A DNA stretch of 64,000 nucleotides from an uncultured Lentisphaeraceae bacterium (GTDB taxonomy: Bacteria > Verrucomicrobiota > Kiritimatiellia > RFP12 > UBA1067), in contig CAYLRN010000004.1 of the NCBI GenBank assembly GCA_964386385.1, forward strand, positions 50,054 to 114,053, read 5' to 3'. A program made the translations under genes and the position numbers. The notes under the pieces are model-generated. The model saw nothing but the letters and a program-made list of their open reading frames with translations, did no database searches and had not been told where the DNA came from. Positions 35,867 to 45,000 of the stretch are shown here, in pieces. The number at the start of each line of letters is the position of its first letter. Positions within the stretch are counted from its first letter, which is position 1.

Positions 35867-37786
35867 TCACTTCTCGCCCGGGATCTTCTCGTGCGGGCCG
35901 TACTCGACGGGGAACCAGGTGCGGCAGGCGTTGCCGGGCTCCCAGAGGTTCGCGGCGGAGGCGTAGTCGCAGAAGTGGATCGTCGGGAACGTGTGCCCTT
36001 CCGGGTTCTCGTGGTGCGAGCCGACGGGGAGGGATGCGGTGAACGCCATCCAGATGTCCTCGCTCGGGCTGCGGGCCGGCGTGAACGCTGGCGGATTTTC
36101 GGGACGCACGGCGCCGCTGCGGAAGACCTCGTCGATCGGGCCGTCGTTGAAGCGCGTGTCGCGCGCAAGCGCGATCGGGCCGCGGGAGAACGCCACGTAG
36201 TGGTCGAGCGTGTGGACCTGGACGGCCATGTCGAAATAGACGTCGACCACGTCGCCGATCGTCCATTCGCGGGAGAGGTTGCAGTACGTGCCGGGCCTGA
36301 CGTCCTTGACGGGCTGTCCGTTGACCTTGACCGACGTGTTGCGGCTCCATGCGGGAATGCGCAGCGCGAGCGTGAACGGTCCCTTCTCGACCGTGTGGTT
36401 CGTCAGGCGCACGTAGCCGGTCTTCGGATAGACCGCGTAGGACTCGAAGACGACCTCCCTGCCGCTCTTCGGAAGCCTGATCTTCTGCTTGCCGGAGGCG
36501 TAGAAGTTCATGATCGCCGTGTCCCCGCTTGCCTGGAAGAGGGCGCGGAGGAACGCGAGGAAGCCGCGGGGGCCGTTCGCGTTGCAGCAGTTCGTGTGCA
36601 TGTAGCAGTGGTGGTGGCCGCGGTAGCGGTAGCCGTTGAGCGGCGTGTAGGCGGCGAACTCGTCGCCCTGGCGGTTGAGGGAGGCGAGGTAGATGTTGTA
36701 GAACGCCTTTTCAAGCTCGTCCGCGTACTTCGGATTGCCGGTGATCGTCAGGAGCGTCTCCACGAAGCGCATCCACGTGGTGACGACGCACGTCTCCTGG
36801 AGGCGCGTGTAGGGGAGGTGCTGCTTCTTCGCGCCGTGGAACCAGGCCTCGGACGCCGCGCTGCCGCCGGCGACGTTGATCTCGTCGCGGATGATCTGGT
36901 CGCAGGTGGCGATGGCCGCGTCGAGGAGGTCCTTGCGCCCGGTGGCCTGCGAGTACTCGATCAGGCCCTGGTAGCAGCTCATCATCTCGTAGGCCTTCCA
37001 GCGGTTGTGCTTCATCACGTAGCCGCCGTGCGTGTCGGCCTTGTTCCCGTAGCCGTTGCGGTCCGCAACGGAAATGCCCTTGAGCGCGAGGTCGAGAAGG
37101 CGCGGGCCGTCCTCGGCCTCGGTCATGTCCTTGACGAGATACGTGGCGAAGTCGAGGTACTTTTTGTCCTTCGTGCGGTTGTAGAGCCACATGACGGGCT
37201 CCAGAATGGACGAGCTGGCGAATCCGCACCAGTTGCCCGTCTGGTAGAGCCGGCGGCCGCGGGCGCCGCCGGGGCCGAGCTGGGAGATCACGTAGTCGCA
37301 CACGCGACGCGCGGCCTCAAGGGCCTTTTTGCCCTGCGCCGTCTCAGGCTGTCCGTCGTAGTAGTGCAGAAGTCCCATGATCGTGTACTTCATGCCCCAG
37401 ACGTCCCAGCCCTCGCCGCAGCGAAGCTCGTCGGGGTAGTTGCCGATGTAGCCGCTGGGTTCCTGGCTCTTGAGGATGTTGGCGAGACCCGCGTCGATCT
37501 GCCTCTTCAGCTGCGCGTTCTGCGTGTACGTCCAGAACGGCACTGCGGCGTGCATGTACTTGCCCCAGAATTCGGTCTGCCACCAGTTCCGGCGTTCCGT
37601 CTTCTCCAGGAACGGCGCGGTGATGTATTCCGTGTCCGTCGCCAGAAGATGGTTGTCCAGCATCGTCCGGAGGCGCTCGCCCATCGGGCCCTTCAGCGTG
37701 ACGTCGCCGTACGGGGCCACCACGTTCGCGGCGAAGAGGCCGAAGCCCGCCAGGGCCGCAGTTGAAAGAATCGTTCGCTTCATCAT
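35867..37786 (-). CDS. GH127 (DUF1680) beta-L-arabinofuranosidase-like glycoside hydrolase
   Basis: 639 aa with signal peptide. Family landmarks LQETCVVTTWM and HTNCCNANGPRG (Cys-Zn site). Confidence 0.8.
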   Translation of the reverse strand: MMKRTILSTAALAGFGLFAANVVAPYGDVTLKGPMGERLRTMLDNHLLATDTEYITAPFLEKTERRNWWQTEFWGKYMHAAVPFWTYTQNAQLKRQIDAGLANILKSQEPSGYIGNYPDELRCGEGWDVWGMKYTIMGLLHYYDGQPETAQGKKALEAARRVCDYVISQLGPGGARGRRLYQTGNWCGFASSSILEPVMWLYNRTKDKKYLDFATYLVKDMTEAEDGPRLLDLALKGISVADRNGYGNKADTHGGYVMKHNRWKAYEMMSCYQGLIEYSQATGRKDLLDAAIATCDQIIRDEINVAGGSAASEAWFHGAKKQHLPYTRLQETCVVTTWMRFVETLLTITGNPKYADELEKAFYNIYLASLNRQGDEFAAYTPLNGYRYRGHHHCYMHTNCCNANGPRGFLAFLRALFQASGDTAIMNFYASGKQKIRLPKSGREVVFESYAVYPKTGYVRLTNHTVEKGPFTLALRIPAWSRNTSVKVNGQPVKDVRPGTYCNLSREWTIGDVVDVYFDMAVQVHTLDHYVAFSRGPIALARDTRFNDGPIDEVFRSGAVRPENPPAFTPARSPSEDIWMAFTASLPVGSHHENPEGHTFPTIHFCDYASAANLWEPGNACRTWFPVEYGPHEKIPGEK

Positions 37787-37827
37787 GTCCCTTCCTTTTT
37801 CTGCTTCTCCACTTCAGGTGGGAGATT

Positions 37828-38898
37828 CTATTTCATGTGCCTGTCCGCGAAGTCCATGTACTTCTCCCAGTCGTATGGGGTCAGCTTGTGCCTGCCTTCG
37901 CGAAGATGGTATCCCATGCGCTCCGGGCAGCCGTAGGCCTCCCAGACGTCGTGCGCGCGCGTCCACGCCTCCTTCTCGGCGGGCGGTCCCGCCCAGGGGT
38001 CTTCCGATGCGCTTGCGACGTAGCAGAGGCGCGGCGCGATGAGGCGGAGAAGGTCGTCCGAGTCGCGCTCTATCTCCGCGTCACGGCCGATCCACTTCGC
38101 GTAGTTCGGGCAGAACCAGTTGGGGAAGTTGTGGAGGATCTGGCCGATGTGCTCGCTCTTCGGGCAGTCGTAGTTGTTGAGCTTCGCGCCGCCGCAGCCG
38201 GAGTTGTTGGAAATGCCCATCGCGAAACGCGTGTCCTGCGCCGCCGCCCAGAGCGCGGTCTTGCCGCCGCGCGAATGGCCGATGACGGCGACGCGCCTGG
38301 CGTCCAGTTCCGGGCGCGTCTCGATCCAGTCCATGACGCGGCTGAAGCCCCAGGCCCAGGCTCCGATCGTGCCCCAGCCCGTCGCCGTGCGCTCTACGTC
38401 ACGCGATGCCGGATCGCCGGTCGCCTGCCAGGCGATCACGCCGTCCGCCCATCGGGCGAGGTCCTTCGAGTAGAGCGCGGCGTTCGGGCAGACGTTGTTG
38501 AAGTTCCACGTCACGTAGGCGTAGCCGCGCGCCGTGATCGCGTTCGTCGGAATGCCGTCGTATACCGTGGGCGCGTATGGCGGCTTCGACGCGCAGGTAT
38601 GGTCGCCGAAGACGAAGACGGGAACGGGGCGGTCCTTCGACGCGCCCGCCGGAAGGGCGAGCGTTACGTCGATGCGGATCTTCCCGCCCGCGAACGACAC
38701 GCTGCGCTCGCCGATCGTCTCGTCCGCCGGACGCCCGATCGGCGTCCGGCCGAACTGGTTGTCCTCGAACCAGCGCAGGACCGCCGCGCGGTCGCGCTCC
38801 TCCCACGCCCTGACGCGGGCGTCGTCGCGCCCCGCCGCGCGGGAAAACGCGGCGGACAGGCACAGAACGCCGCAGATGGCCATGATGCTGTTTTTCAT
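37828..38898 (-). CDS. alpha/beta hydrolase, CE15 glucuronoyl-esterase-like
   Basis: Signal MKNSIMAICGVLCLSAAFS. Nucleophile elbow GHSRGGKTALWAAA. Confidence 0.6.
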   Translation of the reverse strand: MKNSIMAICGVLCLSAAFSRAAGRDDARVRAWEERDRAAVLRWFEDNQFGRTPIGRPADETIGERSVSFAGGKIRIDVTLALPAGASKDRPVPVFVFGDHTCASKPPYAPTVYDGIPTNAITARGYAYVTWNFNNVCPNAALYSKDLARWADGVIAWQATGDPASRDVERTATGWGTIGAWAWGFSRVMDWIETRPELDARRVAVIGHSRGGKTALWAAAQDTRFAMGISNNSGCGGAKLNNYDCPKSEHIGQILHNFPNWFCPNYAKWIGRDAEIERDSDDLLRLIAPRLCYVASASEDPWAGPPAEKEAWTRAHDVWEAYGCPERMGYHLREGRHKLTPYDWEKYMDFADRHMK

Positions 38899-38905
38899 GG
38901 ACTTG

Positions 38906-38914
38906 ATTATAGCA
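38906..38914 (-). promoter_or_regulatory. extended -10 TGCTATAAT, 7 nt from the ATG (leaderless candidate)
   Basis: Minus strand reads TGCTATAAT-caagtcc-ATG(38898). Confidence 0.45.
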
Positions 38915-38946
38915 CAACTGCGGCGCTGGCGGGGAGGGCGATCCGC

Positions 38947-41589
38947 CTAGCGGAGGATCACCATCGTGCCGTGGGCGGTGTCCACGGCAAGCCGGCCGTC
39001 GCGGACGGACACGCGGCTCGCCGTCGACCGGACGCCGTTCACCACGACCGTCCACGTCTTCAAATTCTCCTCGCCCGCAACCGTCCGCAGTTCAAGGCCG
39101 GTGTCGACGCTCGCGCGGAGACGTCCCGCCGCGTCTACGGGCGCGTTCACGAGATGCAGGACGCCGTTCGGCGCGGGGACGAACTTCGTGATCGCGCCCG
39201 CGCCACGCCCGAAGTCGACCTTGAGCGCGTTGAAGGCGACGTTCTCCTCCCGCAGCTCGTCCATGTCCAGGACGGCGCCCGCGTCCACCTGCACGGCCCC
39301 GTACGTGGTGAACTTCCACTCCGCGTTCTTCGCGGAGAAGAGGTAGGGGACGTGCGCGTTGTAGGTGTAGTTGAACTGCGCGCTCAGCCGCGGGCCTTCG
39401 GTGGTCGTGGTAAACGTCTGGTTGGAGCGGACGTCCATGACCTCCCAGTCCACGCCGTTCGGACTGGACTCGAGCGTCCAGTCCGTCGCGTGCGGCTTGT
39501 CCGCGCCGTCCGCGTTCACGCAGCGGCGCAAGGCGTAGGACGCCGGCGCGTTGTCCTTCCAGGACTTCTTCACGCGCCACGCCACGGTCTCCCACGTCTC
39601 CGGGACGTCGGGGCGTATGACGGAGTTCGTGAAGAGGACGCCGCTCGACCAGTCGGTGATGTGCGCCGAAGCCTGGTTCGTCGCCGGCAGGTCGTAGCAG
39701 TTCACCTTCCAGCCGTCCCTGTTGACCCTGACGAACGTCACCACCCCGGCATCCGCCGTGCCGCCGCCGAGGATCGGGCGTCCCTGCGCGCCCGGGTAGA
39801 GCGCTTTGTAGATATTGAAGCTCCACTTCATCACGGGCTTCGCGGACGAGACGAAGCCCTCCGCGAGGTCGGCCGCCGCCGTGCCGTCCTCCGCGCCGGT
39901 CGCGGCGCCCATGCACTGCAGACCGTCCGGCGAGAACATTCCGATCGACCCAAGCATGAGCGTGACGTCGCGGGAGAACTCCGGCACGGACGCATCCGTG
40001 AAATGGCGGGAGTCCACCATCGCCTTCCTCACGACGAAGCGCCACCAGTCGTTCGTGCAGACGCATCCGCCCATCCGCAGGACACCGCCCTTCACGTGAA
40101 TGGGCGTCCCCTTCGCGTCCGCCACCGTCGCGCAAGTCACAAGCCCCACGCCCTCCTTCACGAGTGGGACGTCCGGCGCCGTCGCGTAGACCGCCGCCAT
40201 CTCGTTCGTCTGCGCGGACGCCGGAATCACCACCGCCACGTCCGCGTTCGGCCCAAGCAGCCAGTTCTCGACCTCAAGCGTCGCATTTGGCGCAATGCGG
40301 ACTGTTGCGTTCGTCACGGCGAACGTCTTCACGCGGTTTGCCGTGCCGGCGCGGAAGTCGACACCACCGCCCGTCACGGAGAGCGCACGGACCGTCGCGT
40401 TCGAGAGCGTAAGCGTCCCCGCGCCGGTCTTGACGCAGGAAATCTCCGCGTTCGTGACGGCGCCGGCGAGAACGCCGTCAGCGTCTCCCTCGCCGAACGT
40501 CAGCGTCGTGCCGGCGGGCGCCTCCAGCAAGACGCCCTCCCCGAGGTCCAGTCCGTTCAGCATCTGCGACGTCTTCTTCAGTTTCAGCGTCAGCGCGAAG
40601 TCCGCGTCCGGCCACGTGCGCGCGACGACGTTCCCCGTCTGCGGGCCGTGCGGCAGGACGTCCGCCTCTTCGACGGCAAATGCCATGTCCTTGTCCGGCT
40701 TCGTGAACGGCCCTATCACCAGGTCGCCCGCGTGGTCCCAGACGACGTTCGTCGTGTTGAGCGTGGCGGCGGCATGGCGTCCCGGCTCCAGACGGACGTC
40801 GCAGTCGCCTTCGAAGCGGACGCACCCCTTCGGCGCCGTGTTCGCGACGAAGAGGCTCCATCCCCAGCCATACCATCCCTGGATCCTGACCGGCGCATTC
40901 GCGCCGCCGGCGAAGACCAGATCGCCGCCCGCCGCCGGAAGGCGCGCCACCGCCCGGCTTGCGAAGAGGGTGAGCGTTCCGGCATTGCCGACGTCGCCCT
41001 CCCTGTTCTCGAACGTCACGCGCATGGGCTTGGCGTTCTCGTTGCGCAGTTCGTGGACGGAGAGCTCGCTGCGCGAGCCGATGCGGACGACGTCGAAGAC
41101 GGCGGCGTCCGTCTGCGCCTTTTCCGCAAGGCGGACCTGCCGCATGAGGACGCCGGCGCCCGCGTCGCCGACGGCGTCCGTGGCGTGGAGCCAGAGACGT
41201 CCGTTTCCGCCCCTCTCGCCAAACGACATGTCGCCGACAAGGCCGTGTCCGTTGCTGAAGAAACTCTTCAGTTCCGACTTCTGCACCTCAAGCGTGGAGT
41301 CGTCGCCCGCGTCAGGGCCGACGGAGACGGGGACGTCGGCGCTGGTCGCATTTCCGTCGTCGTCGAGATTGAAGAGAAAGAGATGCGAATAGCGGCTGCC
41401 GAGGCAGACCGTCAGGTCGCCGTGCACCGTCATGCTCGTGTTCGTCCTCCCGGCGCATTCCGATCCGAGCACGACCGCTTCGCCACGCGGCACGACGAGA
41501 TCCGGCGCCCAGACCGTCTCCGCCCGCGCCGTTCCAAGGGCGAGGCCAGCCGCCACGCCAAACGCACATCCTGCAACCGCAACTTTCAT
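38947..41589 (-). CDS. large secreted protein with autotransporter-associated beta-strand repeats
   Basis: 880 aa. Signal MKVAVAGCAFGVAAGLALGTARA. PATR-like VKTGAGTLTLSNATV. Confidence 0.7.
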   Translation of the reverse strand: MKVAVAGCAFGVAAGLALGTARAETVWAPDLVVPRGEAVVLGSECAGRTNTSMTVHGDLTVCLGSRYSHLFLFNLDDDGNATSADVPVSVGPDAGDDSTLEVQKSELKSFFSNGHGLVGDMSFGERGGNGRLWLHATDAVGDAGAGVLMRQVRLAEKAQTDAAVFDVVRIGSRSELSVHELRNENAKPMRVTFENREGDVGNAGTLTLFASRAVARLPAAGGDLVFAGGANAPVRIQGWYGWGWSLFVANTAPKGCVRFEGDCDVRLEPGRHAAATLNTTNVVWDHAGDLVIGPFTKPDKDMAFAVEEADVLPHGPQTGNVVARTWPDADFALTLKLKKTSQMLNGLDLGEGVLLEAPAGTTLTFGEGDADGVLAGAVTNAEISCVKTGAGTLTLSNATVRALSVTGGGVDFRAGTANRVKTFAVTNATVRIAPNATLEVENWLLGPNADVAVVIPASAQTNEMAAVYATAPDVPLVKEGVGLVTCATVADAKGTPIHVKGGVLRMGGCVCTNDWWRFVVRKAMVDSRHFTDASVPEFSRDVTLMLGSIGMFSPDGLQCMGAATGAEDGTAAADLAEGFVSSAKPVMKWSFNIYKALYPGAQGRPILGGGTADAGVVTFVRVNRDGWKVNCYDLPATNQASAHITDWSSGVLFTNSVIRPDVPETWETVAWRVKKSWKDNAPASYALRRCVNADGADKPHATDWTLESSPNGVDWEVMDVRSNQTFTTTTEGPRLSAQFNYTYNAHVPYLFSAKNAEWKFTTYGAVQVDAGAVLDMDELREENVAFNALKVDFGRGAGAITKFVPAPNGVLHLVNAPVDAAGRLRASVDTGLELRTVAGEENLKTWTVVVNGVRSTASRVSVRDGRLAVDTAHGTMVILR

Positions 41590-41638
41590 TCCGCCATCCT
41601 TTCATTGTCATCCGCGCTCCAATTCGCAGAACGCAACA

Positions 41639-41666
41639 ATTATATCCATTTTTTTTTTCTGCGCAA
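41639..41666 (-). promoter_or_regulatory. sigma70-like promoter with an A10 tract in the spacer
   Basis: Minus strand reads TTGCGC (41666..41661), then AG-A10-TGGA (16 nt), then TATAAT (41644..41639). ATG at 41589. Confidence 0.5.
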
Positions 41667-41702
41667 TCGCATTTGCAGGCCTTTTGCGACATCAACCTCC
41701 TG

Positions 41703-41990
41703 CGGCGGCGGGGCGGGACGCCCCGCCCTGCCGGAAACGCATTGCCATGCGCATATGAACCGCATTGCCGTTCGCAACGGCGGGGCGGGACGCCCCGCCC
41801 TACCGATTCGCCGTTCGGCGCCTCAGCAACACCATTCGTCTGCCCATCGGTAGGGCGCGACGTCCCGTCGCGCCGTTCCGCCGGGTGCGGCGGCGGGGCG
41901 GGATGCCCCGCCCTGCCGGAAACGCTTTGCGTGCGCCCATGATGAGACAAGACCGCGGTGCGACGGTCGCGCAGGAGCGCGACCCTCCCT
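41703..41990. repeat. REP/BIME-like cluster
   Basis: Five or more hairpin units of the same families, lying between divergent giant-protein genes. Confidence 0.75.
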
Positions 41991-42017
41991 TTTCCACAGG
42001 CCTCCCCTTTCGGTGGA

Positions 42018-42045
42018 TTGACTGGGGGAAAAATATAGATATAAT
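42018..42045 (+). promoter_or_regulatory. sigma70-like promoter
   Basis: TTGACT (42018..42023), 16-nt spacer, TATAAT (42040..42045). AGGAG RBS at 42087, ATG at 42099. Confidence 0.55.
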
Positions 42046-42098
42046 ATGTGTCGTTGCATTTTTGCATTCACGGGACATTTGTTTTCAGGAGACGCCGT

Positions 42099-45000
42099 AT
42101 GTTGACAAAGAACGTTTTTCCGCTTGAAGCGGGGACGCGCCTGGCGGGGCGCGTTTTCCTGTTCTGCGCCGCGTGCGCGGCCCTTGCCGCCGCGGGCGAG
42201 CCGTACGTCGAGGGGACGGGCGCGCAGGCCGTCGTGACGGACTTCCACGTCAGCCCCGGCACGAAGATCGTCTGCGACTTCGCATTCACGTCCGCCTCGC
42301 CCGTGCAGCAGCGCGTATTCGGCGTAGACAAGGACAACGCCACCACGCTCTCCTGCTCCCTCTACATCAACGGCGGCGGCGGCTACTCGTGGGCTTTCTG
42401 CGACGGCAACGGCAACTGGACGCCGTTCAGCGCGAACAACGAGATGAAGGCCTCGACCGACCGCTGGACGGCGACGCTGGACAGCCCGAACAACGTCGCC
42501 AGCCTCTGCAGCGACTCCACGAACATCGTGCAGACGATCGGGACGACGCGCACGCGCGCCTGCAGTCTTCCGATGACGCTCATGGCAACGGTCTGCGACA
42601 CCGACGGGACGCAGTTCCAGAACTACGGCAAGGTCCGCATCTACTCCTTCTCCGTCTCCGAATGCGGCGAGCCGGTCATGAACCTCGTCCCGCGCATCTA
42701 CAAGGGCGAGGGCGTCTTCTACGACACCGTCTCCCGCCGCGTCTTCGGCTCCTCCACTTCCACGCCGCTCGTGGCGGGCGACGACTGCGAGGAGCTGGCG
42801 GAGGAGGACGTCGCCGCGCCTGTCGCCGACCTCGTCCTTTCCGACGCCGCCGGCGGAGTCCATGTCGCGGCCGCGAACGCCCGCCACGCCAACGTCGTCT
42901 TCACCGATACGGCCGGCGTCTACACGGTCTCCGGCGGCCCGATCGCCATCTCCGGCAACGTCCGCAACGAGAGCGCCGCGGCGCAGACCGTTTCCGCGCC
43001 GCTGGCCGCGTCGGGGCCGCTGACTCCCCTTCTCGGCGGCGGTCTCTCGCTTTCCGACGTCGCCGGCGGCTCGCTCTTCGCCCCGGTCGGCACGAACGTC
43101 TCCGCCACGCTGAACGGAAACTGCGTCTTTCGCGGCGGCCTCTCGCTCAAGGGCAATCCGACGGTCGTCTCGCCACGCGTCTACGCGACGAGCGGCTTCA
43201 GCAAGGACCTCTCCGGGAAGTCCGACTCGTCCGTACAGGTGACGTACACGCTGCGGAGCGCGGGGACGGCGGCGTTCGGCGGGGGGCTGGAGGATCACAC
43301 GGGCGGCCAGCGCGGCGACGTGATCCTGCTGGACGGCAGCTTCACGTTCGGCGGCAACGTCCAGCCGAACGGCAACGACGGCTATCTCGTCTTCAGGGGC
43401 GGCGCCTCGCAGGTCGGCGGCCTCGACTGGGACAGCTCGCGCGGCTACAACTCCCGGCTCCACGTCGAATCCGGCGCATCGCTCGTCTGCGCCGGCGACG
43501 CGCTGCACCGCAACAGCTACGGACTCCACTACTACGTTGACGGAGAGTTCACCGTCAATGGAACGCTCACGTTCGCGGCCTCCAACTGCCGGCTCGTCTC
43601 CTCCGCCGGCACGGGCGTCGTCAACGTCCGGAAGATGAAGGCCGCCGGCATGGCGGAGAAGATCTCCGTCTCCGCGCTGAACGTCGGCCCCGGCGGCTTT
43701 TATGGCGCTTCCACGCCAATCGGCGCGATCGAACTGGGCGCGTGGACCGGCGACTTCACGGTCGGCGGCTCCCCGGTCTTCACCGGCACCACGCTGCGCG
43801 CGGCGACGCCCGGCGGAGCGCCGGCGCGGATCACGCTGGAGGGAGCGCCCGTCGCGTCGGGAACGCTGACGAAGACCGGCGCGGGCGAACTCGCGCTCGC
43901 GGCCGTCTCCTACCCCGGACTGACGGGGACGCTGGCGGTCAGGGAGGGAACGCTCGCCTTCACCGCCTCGACGGAGCTTGACGCGGCGGTGGAGATTTCG
44001 GACGGCGCCGGCGTCAGGGTCGCGGCGGGCAGAACGGCCGCACTGCGGTCGGCCTCGTTCGCCGGCGCGGCGACGCTCGCGTTCGGCGCGGCGCCCGCGC
44101 AGACCGGCGCGCTCTCCCTGCCGGCAGGCTCCCTATCGTCCGCGACGGCCGTCCTCGTCCGCATCGACGGCATCGCCCCGACGGCGGGGACGACTGCGAC
44201 GCTCGTCTCGGGCGCCGGCATTTCCGGCGCGGACCTTGCGAAGTTCAGCCTTGCAATGCCGGAAGGCGCGGAGGGCGAACTGTCCGTGCAGGATGGAAGC
44301 CTCGTCTTGAGCGTACGGACGTCCTCCACGGCGGCGGCGCGCGGGCTCGTCTGGACCGGCGCGGAATCGGCGGCCTGGGACGCCGCTGCCGCGAACTGGA
44401 CGGCGAACGGAGCCGCGGCGGTCTTTACCGCATACGACGATGCGTTTTTCGACGGCACGGACGCGGGCGACGGCCGGGTTGACGTGGCCGAGGGCGGCGT
44501 CACGGCCGGCGCCGTGACGTTCGACGCGGACAAGGCCTACTCCGTCGCGGGCGGAAAGATATCCGGGACCGCCCCCTTCACCATCAGGGGCGGCGCCGAG
44601 GTCACGCTCTCCGCGCCGCTTGACGGCCAGACGGTCGTCGTCACGAACGGCCTCCTGCGCGTCGGCGCCGCGAACGCCGAGCTGCTTGGCGACGGCGGCG
44701 CGTACGTGGAGGTCCGCGACGGCGGCACGTTCGACATCAACGCGACGACGAACACGGCCGACGCCATTCTCACGACGTACAACAAGAAGTTCCGCATCGC
44801 GGGCAAGGGCTTCAACGGACTTGGCGCGATCAACAACCTGGGCAAGGACGGTTCCACCGCGGCGCGCATCCACACGATAGAGCTGGCGGGCGACGCGACG
44901 ATCTCCGGCGCCACGCGCTGGGACATGCGCGTATATTCGGACGGACACAACGCCGGACGTCCGCAGGTCGTCGGCACGAACCACGCGCTGACCGTCAACG

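Noticed and set aside
35681-37765. 694-aa ORF on the plus strand
   Set aside because: It is antisense to the GH127 gene, which has clear family landmarks (ETC, CC).
37762-41853. 1363-aa ORF on the plus strand
   Set aside because: It is antisense to the CE15-like and 880-aa secreted-protein genes and runs through a REP cluster. Its composition is Arg/Ala/Gly-rich junk.
41823-43529. 568-aa ORF on the minus strand
   Set aside because: It is antisense to the 5' part of the giant plus-strand gene and extends into REP hairpins.
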